From an uncultured bacterium (GTDB taxonomy: Bacteria; Babelota; Babeliae; Babelales; Vermiphilaceae): a stretch of 64,000 nt of DNA. Shown one piece after another: positions 56,577-64,000 of this stretch. Position 1 is the first letter of the stretch; each line of letters begins with the position of its first letter. The notes beneath the pieces are model-generated. The model had not been told where the DNA came from and did no database searches. It saw only the letters and a program-made list of their open reading frames with translations. The position numbers and the translations under genes were made by a program. The stretch lies in NCBI GenBank assembly GCA_963713925.1, contig OY970212.1, positions 608,001 to 672,000 of the forward strand, in the 5' to 3' direction.

Positions 56577-56653
56577 TGGGGTGAGCGATGGGGCTCGAAC
56601 CCACGACCCTCAGAGCCACAACCTGATGCTCTACCAACTGAGCTACGCTCACC
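56577..56653 (-). tRNA. tRNA-His(GTG)
   Basis: G-1 plus GTGAGCG stem, TCAGG-TT-GTG-GC-TCTGA, C discriminator, CCA. Confidence 0.96.
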
Positions 56654-56851
56654 ACACCAAATATTTGAACCCAAGCGAATGCTAGAGGTTTAATTGTGAT
56701 GATAGTATACGCATTTTAGATAAAAAATCAAAACGATTTTTTGAGAATTTTGCGTTGCAAAGAGGATTATTAATAAAAAGCCCTATTTGTGATTTTTTTA
56801 AAATACTGTAGCATCGGTGGTAACAACATTCTTTTATATGTGGAGTTATCT

Positions 56852-57553
56852 ATGAACTCATTCCTACGATATATATCAATAGTGCTGCTTTGTGCCGGAA
56901 CGACCGGCGTGCAAGCGCGAGCGAAAAGAAACATTCAATGGCCAACAATGAGCTATCATGCAAACCAAGAAGGAATGGTTGTTGATGCGCGAGTGCTTGG
57001 CAAGCAAGAGGCCAACGACCTTTTTGACAATCGCGGATACAAACTCCTTGGCAGAAAGCCCATTATTCCAATCGAAATTTCGATCACCAATAGTTCTGAA
57101 ACGCCGCGCATTATTAAGACTATTGCAACCCCATTCGCACTAATTGATCAACAATTGATTGCAGATCGCCTGCACAGACAAAGCTACACCAAGGTCGTTT
57201 TATGGGCATTGGCCGGGGGGCTTGCCGGCATAGTTGGCGGAGCTGTTTTTGGGTCAATGGGCGTATTTGCACTGACAACTGGGTTGTACGGCTATATTGG
57301 AATGGAAGTGCTGCCAGTGATATTGGTCGGCGGATTTGCAGGAGCATTTACCGGATATCCGATCGGATCATATCTATTGGCCCGAAGTGAATATGATGCT
57401 CAGTTGTTCAATAATAAAGCGATCAAAAAACAGCTTGTTTGCAAAATGGTTGATACTGAAATCGTCATCAAGCCGGGGCGCACTTATAGTGGCTATCTTT
57501 TTACCAAAGATTACGATGCTCTTATGAAGGATTTTTCGATTAGTGTGGCATAA
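56852..57553 (+). CDS. Exported protein with a central Gly-rich hydrophobic hairpin
   Basis: Signal ending VQA; paralogue of the next gene (PIIPIEI, KDYDAL..DFSI). Confidence 0.8.
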   Translation: MNSFLRYISIVLLCAGTTGVQARAKRNIQWPTMSYHANQEGMVVDARVLGKQEANDLFDNRGYKLLGRKPIIPIEISITNSSETPRIIKTIATPFALIDQQLIADRLHRQSYTKVVLWALAGGLAGIVGGAVFGSMGVFALTTGLYGYIGMEVLPVILVGGFAGAFTGYPIGSYLLARSEYDAQLFNNKAIKKQLVCKMVDTEIVIKPGRTYSGYLFTKDYDALMKDFSISVA

Positions 57554-57585
57554 ATTTTTCATCCTATGATCATGAAGGGAATACT

Positions 57586-58251
57586 ATGGATACATGCATA
57601 CGTATTGTTTTCTTAGCATTAGTAGGGGTGAGTAGTGTGCAAGCGGCGCGAGCAAAAAAAATTGTATGGCCGACAACAACATATCATGCCGTTGATAGAG
57701 ATATTTCCATTGACGCGCGTGTGCTCAGCAAAGAAGAAACGAAAGAACTTTTTAATGGCAAAGGGCGCAAACTTTTGGGCAGCAAACCGATTATGCCGAT
57801 TGAAGTAGTTCTTACCAATCAGTCAGATGAAACTCGAACAATAAACAACATAGTGTCGCCGTGCACATTAGTAACTGATCATCAGCTTCAAAGCCGTTTG
57901 CGCAGCAGCGTTTTAAAATCGATTGCTTCCGGCTTGTTGAATTTCACCGTGATCGGCATTTCAGGTGTAGCTCTCGGCTGCGTGGGGGGTCTTGTTGGCG
58001 GGCTTGCTGCATGGGGACTGTCGACATGTCCATGTCCGTGCGGCGCGATTTTTGGTATTACGGCCGGAGCGCCGATCGGATTCGTGAGCGGAGTTGTTGT
58101 GAGTTCGCATTATCTATTTAGGTCGGGATCAGAGGATGAGACGCAAGAACAGGATCCGATTATCTTACAACCAGGTGAGCGATATACGTGTCTGTTGTTC
58201 TCCAAAGATTACGATGCTCTTGTGAATGATTTTTCGATTACACTTGCTTAA
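57586..58251 (+). CDS. Paralogue of 56852..57553
   Basis: VQAARAKKIVWP, PIMPIEV, PGERY, KDYDALVNDFSITLA. Confidence 0.8.
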   Translation: MDTCIRIVFLALVGVSSVQAARAKKIVWPTTTYHAVDRDISIDARVLSKEETKELFNGKGRKLLGSKPIMPIEVVLTNQSDETRTINNIVSPCTLVTDHQLQSRLRSSVLKSIASGLLNFTVIGISGVALGCVGGLVGGLAAWGLSTCPCPCGAIFGITAGAPIGFVSGVVVSSHYLFRSGSEDETQEQDPIILQPGERYTCLLFSKDYDALVNDFSITLA

Positions 58252-58267
58252 ATTATCAGGAATACAT

Positions 58268-58699
58268 ATGAAATACATTTTATTATGTTCATTTTTAGCA
58301 ACCGCTTGCGGTGCTAATGATTTGCACCTTGAGAAATTTGAATCGCTGAGCGCAAAATATCAACCGGGAGCGAGCACAGACCGCATTATGAACGGACATT
58401 CACATGAAACAACGCATCAAGATTTGTTTCATGACGCATTGGCGCACGTTGCAAATGGGAACCATACACATCATATACCGGCGCATGATTCATTGGACGG
58501 AACAAGCTCATTGCAACTACAGATAGCGACAGTTGCACTATTGGGCATTATTGCCTATATGTTGAAAGTGCTGCATCAAAAAGGGTATCGTTGCAACACA
58601 GATACTGTTGTTGCATACCTCAAACGATGCGGTGTTACCATCAAAGACAGTGACGTTCAATATGATTTGATTAAACGTTATATGAAAAATGTACAATAA
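58268..58699 (+). CDS. Exported His-rich protein with one hydrophobic helix
   Basis: AGGA RBS; HSH/HTHH clusters; IATVALLGIIAYML. Confidence 0.7.
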   Translation: MKYILLCSFLATACGANDLHLEKFESLSAKYQPGASTDRIMNGHSHETTHQDLFHDALAHVANGNHTHHIPAHDSLDGTSSLQLQIATVALLGIIAYMLKVLHQKGYRCNTDTVVAYLKRCGVTIKDSDVQYDLIKRYMKNVQ

Positions 58700-58776
58700 A
58701 CCTCAATCTACGTAATCTGATGGCTAGAAAATAGATATTTTTTGAAAAAGGTGCTTGATTGTTTGTCGGAGTTTTT

Positions 58777-59691
58777 ATGAAAATACGATTCTTTCTTCCG
58801 GTGATTATAGCTTGTTTTGTTCTCTGTTATGCCCAAACGGCAGTTGCTGGAGAGCAGTCAAGAACCTGGTCTGAATATTTGTATAAAAATTTTAACCTCT
58901 TTAGATCGATCGCTTTGTTTCACGTCAGCAGGTTGTATAATCGCTATTGGTATGGCAATGCATTTACGCATCATCGAATTGCCGGCGATATGATTTCAGA
59001 AAGTGAGTTGGGAAAATTCTTGATTGAGTTTGATGCATCAGGAAATATCACAAAAATTCAAGATTCAAAACAATCTTCGCCCATCATTTTATCAAGTATT
59101 CCAACTTCACAGGATGATATAACAGCACTGAAAAAAGCATATTGCCCAAATAATCCAGCGGTACAGATTGATATCTACACCTTAAATCGTGATTTTGAAA
59201 TCAACTGGGCCGGACTAAACCTTCTTTTGCAACAAAATCCAGCTATCAGGCAACGTCGCTACCCGACGATCGATTATAGCGCCCCATCACTTATCAATAT
59301 CATGCGCTATGTTGATCATATGATAACTCGCGATGAGAATTCTATAGCGGTCACGCATTGCAAAGCCGGTCGCGGCCGCAGTGCATGCGTGAAAGCCGCC
59401 TATTTGCTTACACAAGCTCATGAAGCCCGTTATACTGTAAAGGTTTCTATTGATGAAAATGATTCTGCTGAAGTGGTTTCTATTGATAAAATTGAAAACT
59501 ATATGAAAACAAAACGGCCACAAGTCTCTTTCAACAGAGGACATAAAGCAGGTCTTGCTCAATTTGTGAATGAGCTCAAAAAAGCCAAATCATTTAAGAC
59601 TCACCTGGAAAACTATGAAAAAATCATAACCGCGCGAGAAAAGATATATGGCGCATGGGCTCGACCCGATCTTGTAAAAAAGCTCCAGTAA
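58777..59691 (+). CDS. Dual-specificity/PTP-family phosphatase with signal peptide
   Basis: HCKAGRGRS (CX5R), PTIDYSAPS acid loop, KRPQV. Confidence 0.88.
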   Translation: MKIRFFLPVIIACFVLCYAQTAVAGEQSRTWSEYLYKNFNLFRSIALFHVSRLYNRYWYGNAFTHHRIAGDMISESELGKFLIEFDASGNITKIQDSKQSSPIILSSIPTSQDDITALKKAYCPNNPAVQIDIYTLNRDFEINWAGLNLLLQQNPAIRQRRYPTIDYSAPSLINIMRYVDHMITRDENSIAVTHCKAGRGRSACVKAAYLLTQAHEARYTVKVSIDENDSAEVVSIDKIENYMKTKRPQVSFNRGHKAGLAQFVNELKKAKSFKTHLENYEKIITAREKIYGAWARPDLVKKLQ

Positions 59692-59815
59692 TTCGGGGTT
59701 ATTCTTCGAAAAATGCCCATATTTTACATCCTCGGCCACCCCCCCTTTTTTTGCTTATTGACAAATTGAAATGTTTTGATATGCTATTTAGACAAGTACT
59801 TAAATGGAGTCTTTT

Positions 59816-60556
59816 ATGAAAAAAGTAATTAAATATATCTCAATGCTGGCCATAACAGCCTTTTCATCGCTTTTACCGGTCGATATAGGCAATTTCAGGT
59901 ATATATCAAATAAATATCGCACCTATTTTCCGGGCAAACAATTATCAGTGCAAAGCCAAGATTCTTCTTTAGATAAGACTGCGTGGAATGTTATCAAAGC
60001 ACATTGGCCAATACTAACCCAAGCAACCCTCATTGCTGCTGGATCTGCGGTAGGTTATGTGGCGCCAAAATACGACAATGTTTCACGATTGACAGGAATT
60101 TTTTTGGGTGGAGGTATAGCTCTCTTCTCTTCAGATCCTAAACGTAAACAATATCGTCTTGATTACAAACGATACTCGAAAATACACTCGGAACAAGTAG
60201 AAAAAATACGTTTTTTAGATTTAAAAAAGATCCAAGAGCGGGTTGTTCAAAAAAGAGGACAAGCAGCGTATGAAAAAGAGTTACGCGACTACAAGTCGAC
60301 ATTGGAAGAATATGACGTGTTGAGTAGATATCCAAAGAAAAAAAATGTTGAACGATTTTCGACATATAATGGAATTGGAGCATTTGCCTTATTTGCCGGA
60401 TCGCTTTTTAGAGAATGGTATAGCAAAATATATATAGTTCATAGCACCATTTTTTATGGCGGAAGTCAAAGCAAAAGAGAGGCTTTGGAAGCAACAGCTA
60501 ACAATTACAGAGCCTTTATCAATACCGACGCTAATTATCGTCACGCAGAAAGATAA
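59816..60556 (+). CDS. Exported membrane protein, paralogue of the next gene
   Basis: GGAG RBS; promoter TTGACA-16 nt-TATGCT at 59758; VDIGNFRYISNKYRTYFPGKQLSVQSQ. Confidence 0.8.
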   Translation: MKKVIKYISMLAITAFSSLLPVDIGNFRYISNKYRTYFPGKQLSVQSQDSSLDKTAWNVIKAHWPILTQATLIAAGSAVGYVAPKYDNVSRLTGIFLGGGIALFSSDPKRKQYRLDYKRYSKIHSEQVEKIRFLDLKKIQERVVQKRGQAAYEKELRDYKSTLEEYDVLSRYPKKKNVERFSTYNGIGAFALFAGSLFREWYSKIYIVHSTIFYGGSQSKREALEATANNYRAFINTDANYRHAER

Positions 60557-60577
60557 TACAGTACAAATGGAGTTTTT

Positions 60578-61327
60578 ATGAAAAAGACAATTTTTATATC
60601 ATTATTGGGTTCAATGTTCAGCCTTTTATCAGTCGACGTGGGCAATTTCAGATATATATCAAATAAATATCGCCCCTATTTTCCGGGCAAACAATTATCA
60701 GTGCAAAGCCAAACGTTAACTCAAAATAAAACCGATTGGTGCGGAGTGCAAACAGGAATTTTGGCAGCTGGTGCTGCAGTAGCAACCATGGTGCCGACGG
60801 ACTATCAAGGCTATGTGCGATCAGCAGCTATTACAGCCGGAGCAGTTGCCGGTTTGGGTGGGATGATCATCAGTGGAAAAAATGAAGATAAGCTCTACAG
60901 CCTGGAACATAAAAGATATTCTCGTACTCACCAACAGTTCGTTCAAAAACTTCTTAATCCAAATAAAGAAAAGGAGTTTGAACGGATGACTCAGCTTCTA
61001 AATTGGAATGAAGCGGTTGTTGAAGAATACGATCTCATAAGCAGATATCCAAAAAAAGAAATGCCAGCTTTACATGATCATATGAAGACAAGAGAATCTC
61101 ATGCGATCAATAGTCTTTTGATTACAGCAGCTTCGATTGCGTGGGGAGTTTGGGAAGTAAGTAAAAGACATCAGGGACGGCTAGCCGCAATCCAAGAAAG
61201 TGATGATGCAGAAGTGAGAAGGATGAACAATAGGCGTGCTTCTTTTCAAAATGCGGCGGGCAACATGCAACACCAAAATCCTCAGTTGCCTCAAAATCCA
61301 CCAAACCAACCACAAGGCAATAATTAA
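60578..61327 (+). CDS. Exported membrane protein, paralogue of the previous gene
   Basis: VDVGNFRYISNKYRPYFPGKQLSVQSQ; EEYDLISRYPKK; Q/P/N-rich tail. Confidence 0.8.
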   Translation: MKKTIFISLLGSMFSLLSVDVGNFRYISNKYRPYFPGKQLSVQSQTLTQNKTDWCGVQTGILAAGAAVATMVPTDYQGYVRSAAITAGAVAGLGGMIISGKNEDKLYSLEHKRYSRTHQQFVQKLLNPNKEKEFERMTQLLNWNEAVVEEYDLISRYPKKEMPALHDHMKTRESHAINSLLITAASIAWGVWEVSKRHQGRLAAIQESDDAEVRRMNNRRASFQNAAGNMQHQNPQLPQNPPNQPQGNN

Positions 61328-61461
61328 TCGCCAAGTGTTTGATTTCTATTTGTAATATATAAACCTTTAAAAAATATCAATTTCTGTCATACTTAGATAA
61401 AACCTTCAATTATTAGGGTTCCCGATCCTTAGATTGGGATGTAATCAATGGGGCATGCCAT

Positions 61462-64000
61462 ATGACAAAACAAAAATTTTCTAATTGGATCAAGATTTCG
61501 GGGGCGCGTGAGCATAACCTGAAAAATGTATCCGTTTCCATTCCAAAAGACACATTAACGGTTGTGACTGGGCCATCAGGTTCGGGCAAAAGTTCGTTAG
61601 CTTTGGATATCCTGTATACCGAAGGAAAACGTCGGTATATGGAGTCTTTATCTTCCTATGCCCGTCAGTTTTTGGGTATTGTCAAAAAGCCTGAAGTTGA
61701 TCATATTGATGGCTTATGCCCGGCAATTGCCATTGAGCAAAAGACGGTTGGGTCAAACCCTCGATCGACGGTGGGCACCATCACTGAAATTTATGACTAT
61801 TTACGGGTGCTCTATGCGCGAGTAGGCACCGTTCATTGCCCTGAATGTTTCTCTCCAATTAAGGCTGAGTCTCCCGAGAGCATCACGAGCATGCTCATGA
61901 ACAGTTTTGAGGGCAGCACCATCACTATCGCTGCTCCCATTGCGCATCAGAAAAAGGGCGAATTCTTTAATGAATTAAGCGAACTATTCAAAAAAGGATA
62001 TTATCGATTCCGTATTGATGGGCAAAACCATCGCTTCCGATCAGAAGATGAGATTCGGGCATTAAAGCTACAAAAAACCTATAAACATACCATTGATCTA
62101 TTAATCGATTCACTTGAAGTGCAATCGGAAAAACGTTCACGCGTGCAAGAAGCGATTGAAACATCATTCAAGCTTGCAAACGGTATGTGTAAAATTATTG
62201 TCGGTCATGAAGAACATTTGTATTCTTCTGAACGTATGTGCCTCAACTGCGCCACCTCAATTCCAGAGCTCGAGCCGCGATCATTCTCATTCAACTCGCC
62301 TATTGGCGCCTGCTCGACATGCCATGGTCTTGGTATTATTCACGAATGGCCATGGAACCCGAATGATCCGGAAGCATGGAAAGCAAATTATCCCGATTTC
62401 TTTGGCAAATATGCGCAAGAAAAAAGTTGTTCAGCTTGTCATGGCAAGCGCTTAAATCCGTTTGCACTCGCAGTCACTGTTGGCGATAAAGATATTTCTG
62501 AAATGGGACAGATTTCCATCAAAGATATGATTCCCTTTATGCGAAAGCTGAAGTTATCGGCACAACAGCAAGAAATTGCAGCAGGGTTGTTGCATGAAAT
62601 TATCACCCGACTCACTTTTTTATATGATGTTGGCCTTGGGTACCTTAATTTAAATCGAAAAGCACGCACACTTTCAGGCGGAGAAGGGCAGCGCATTCGG
62701 CTTGCAACGCAAATCGGCTCAGCCTTGTCAGGAGTGCTCTATGTGCTTGATGAACCGAGCATCGGGTTACATCAACGCGATAACGATCGTTTGATCGCAA
62801 TGCTCAAAAAATTACGCGATCAGGGTAACACCGTGGTGGTCGTTGAACATGATATGGATACCATGATGCAATCGGATTATTTAATTGATATGGGTCCGGC
62901 AGCGGGTGTGTTGGGCGGGCAAGTGACTGCGGTCGGAACACCGGCAGAGCTTGTGGCAAATCCAAAATCATTAACCGGGCAATATTTGAGTGGCAAGCGC
63001 GGAATCGCGGTGCCAAAAAAATTACGTACGCCAACCGGCTACATGACGCTTTCGCATGCGAGCAAAAATAACTTAAAAGACGTAACGGTAAAGTTTCCGC
63101 TCGGAGTCATGTGCGGGATTTCCGGAGTTTCCGGCTCGGGCAAGAGTACGCTTATTATGCAAGAGCTGGTGCCCGCGGTCACTCGTGAACTTGAAGGGGC
63201 AAAAGGAATAGATGCCCATTCAGATTTAACGGGCGCTGACAATCTTGAGCATATGGTCGTTATTGATCAGACGCCGATTGGCAGAACGCCTCGCTCAAAC
63301 CCGGCAACCTATTTAGGCATTTTTGACGAGATTCGAAAATTATTTGCAGCGCTTCCTGAAAGCCAGGCTCGCGGATACAAAGTCGGTCGCTTCAGCTTCA
63401 ACGTTGCTGAAGGGCGTTGTTACGAATGTAATGGTGACGGCATCATCAAAGTGACCATGCATTTCTTGCCGGAAGTCACCATGGTGTGCAAATCATGCAA
63501 CGGTGCACGCTACAATAAAGAAACGCTCAGCGTTACCTACAAAGGCAAAAATATTGCGCAAGTGCTTGATATGACTGCCTATGAAGCAAAAAGCTTCTTC
63601 GATGCGCATTTGACGATTGCAAAACGACTCAACCTGATGTGTGAAGTCGGGCTCGATTATGTCAAACTCGGCCAACCGTCAACCACATTGTCTGGCGGTG
63701 AAGCGCAGCGTATCAAACTCGTCGACGAGCTTGCAAAGCGCGGAAGATCGACGCTCTATATTCTCGATGAGCCGACAACCGGATTGCACACAAGCGATAT
63801 TGAAAAGTTGCTCCAAGTGCTTAATACCTTGATCAACAAAGGTAACTCAATGATCATTATTGAGCATAACATTGATGTGCTCAAAACGGTTGATTATCTG
63901 ATCGATATGGGCCCTGAAGGCGGCGAGCTCGGAGGAACGGTCGTTGCACAAGGAACTCCGGCCAAGGTGGCGCAGTCTAAAGAAAGTTGGACGGGGAAAT
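61462..64000 (+). CDS. uvrA: Excinuclease ABC subunit A, running off the window end and lacking most of the insertion domain
   Basis: Absent from the ORF track because no stop is reached. Segments translated by hand: GAREHNLKN, TGPSGSGKSSLA, LSGGEGQRIRLA, GVSGSGKSTL, LSGGEAQRIKL, LDEPTTGLH. Confidence 0.96.
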   Translation, partial: MTKQKFSNWIKISGAREHNLKNVSVSIPKDTLTVVTGPSGSGKSSLALDILYTEGKRRYMESLSSYARQFLGIVKKPEVDHIDGLCPAIAIEQKTVGSNPRSTVGTITEIYDYLRVLYARVGTVHCPECFSPIKAESPESITSMLMNSFEGSTITIAAPIAHQKKGEFFNELSELFKKGYYRFRIDGQNHRFRSEDEIRALKLQKTYKHTIDLLIDSLEVQSEKRSRVQEAIETSFKLANGMCKIIVGHEEHLYSSERMCLNCATSIPELEPRSFSFNSPIGACSTCHGLGIIHEWPWNPNDPEAWKANYPDFFGKYAQEKSCSACHGKRLNPFALAVTVGDKDISEMGQISIKDMIPFMRKLKLSAQQQEIAAGLLHEIITRLTFLYDVGLGYLNLNRKARTLSGGEGQRIRLATQIGSALSGVLYVLDEPSIGLHQRDNDRLIAMLKKLRDQGNTVVVVEHDMDTMMQSDYLIDMGPAAGVLGGQVTAVGTPAELVANPKSLTGQYLSGKRGIAVPKKLRTPTGYMTLSHASKNNLKDVTVKFPLGVMCGISGVSGSGKSTLIMQELVPAVTRELEGAKGIDAHSDLTGADNLEHMVVIDQTPIGRTPRSNPATYLGIFDEIRKLFAALPESQARGYKVGRFSFNVAEGRCYECNGDGIIKVTMHFLPEVTMVCKSCNGARYNKETLSVTYKGKNIAQVLDMTAYEAKSFFDAHLTIAKRLNLMCEVGLDYVKLGQPSTTLSGGEAQRIKLVDELAKRGRSTLYILDEPTTGLHTSDIEKLLQVLNTLINKGNSMIIIEHNIDVLKTVDYLIDMGPEGGELGGTVVAQGTPAKVAQSKESWTGK

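Noticed and set aside
56566..56655. First 30 aa of ORF 56176..56655
   Set aside because: This is mostly a translation of tRNA-His.
61414..61442. Riboswitch or SOS box upstream of uvrA
   Set aside because: Only a short hairpin (gggttcccgatc...gattggga) resembling a degenerate family-A copy; no known motif recognised.
62114..63832. Short ORFs listed in the track
   Set aside because: They are alternative-frame shadows of uvrA.
1..64000. Prophage, transposase or alternative genetic code
   Set aside because: No phage structural, integrase or transposase motifs were recognised; core genes are intact under code 11 and end at TAA, TAG or TGA.

Overview
Bacterial chromosomal DNA, standard genetic code. 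By inference it comes from a protist-infecting intracellular bacterium, most likely Candidatus Babelota (Dependentiae/TM6); this rests on gene content and was not confirmed by any search. Housekeeping genes (pyrG, nupC-type transporter, prfA, rpmE, CPA2 antiporter, brnQ, ppsA, DEAD-box helicase, galU, pheS, dnaE, yicC, yebC, ruvB, rodA, partial uvrA, and tRNA-Phe/Pro/His) are interleaved with more than 30 accessory ORFs that begin with signal-peptide-like N-termini. These include GNAT paralogues, ankyrin proteins, a MutS-type ATPase, a Skp1-like/WD40 fusion, a CX5R phosphatase, a DUF4258-like protein and EreA/TIKI-like paralogues. Main observations: (1) a family of 20 or more ~27-39 bp palindromic elements (GGGYCCC-hairpin-GGGTA) that nest inside each other and inside other repeat families, sit directly before ribosome-binding sites, and occur twice in frame within the antiporter gene; (2) a 3.4 kb two-gene block bracketed by a duplicated rodA 3' end, with similar gene-end scars at 0.5, 2.2 and 5.2 kb and no integrase or transposase recognised in the window; (3) a probable Sec-exported host-manipulation gene set, including a Skp1-WD40 fusion and a signal-peptide plus mitochondrial-presequence-like protein; (4) a UvrA lacking most of its insertion domain; (5) a candidate leader peptide upstream of brnQ. 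All family assignments come from motif recognition by eye.
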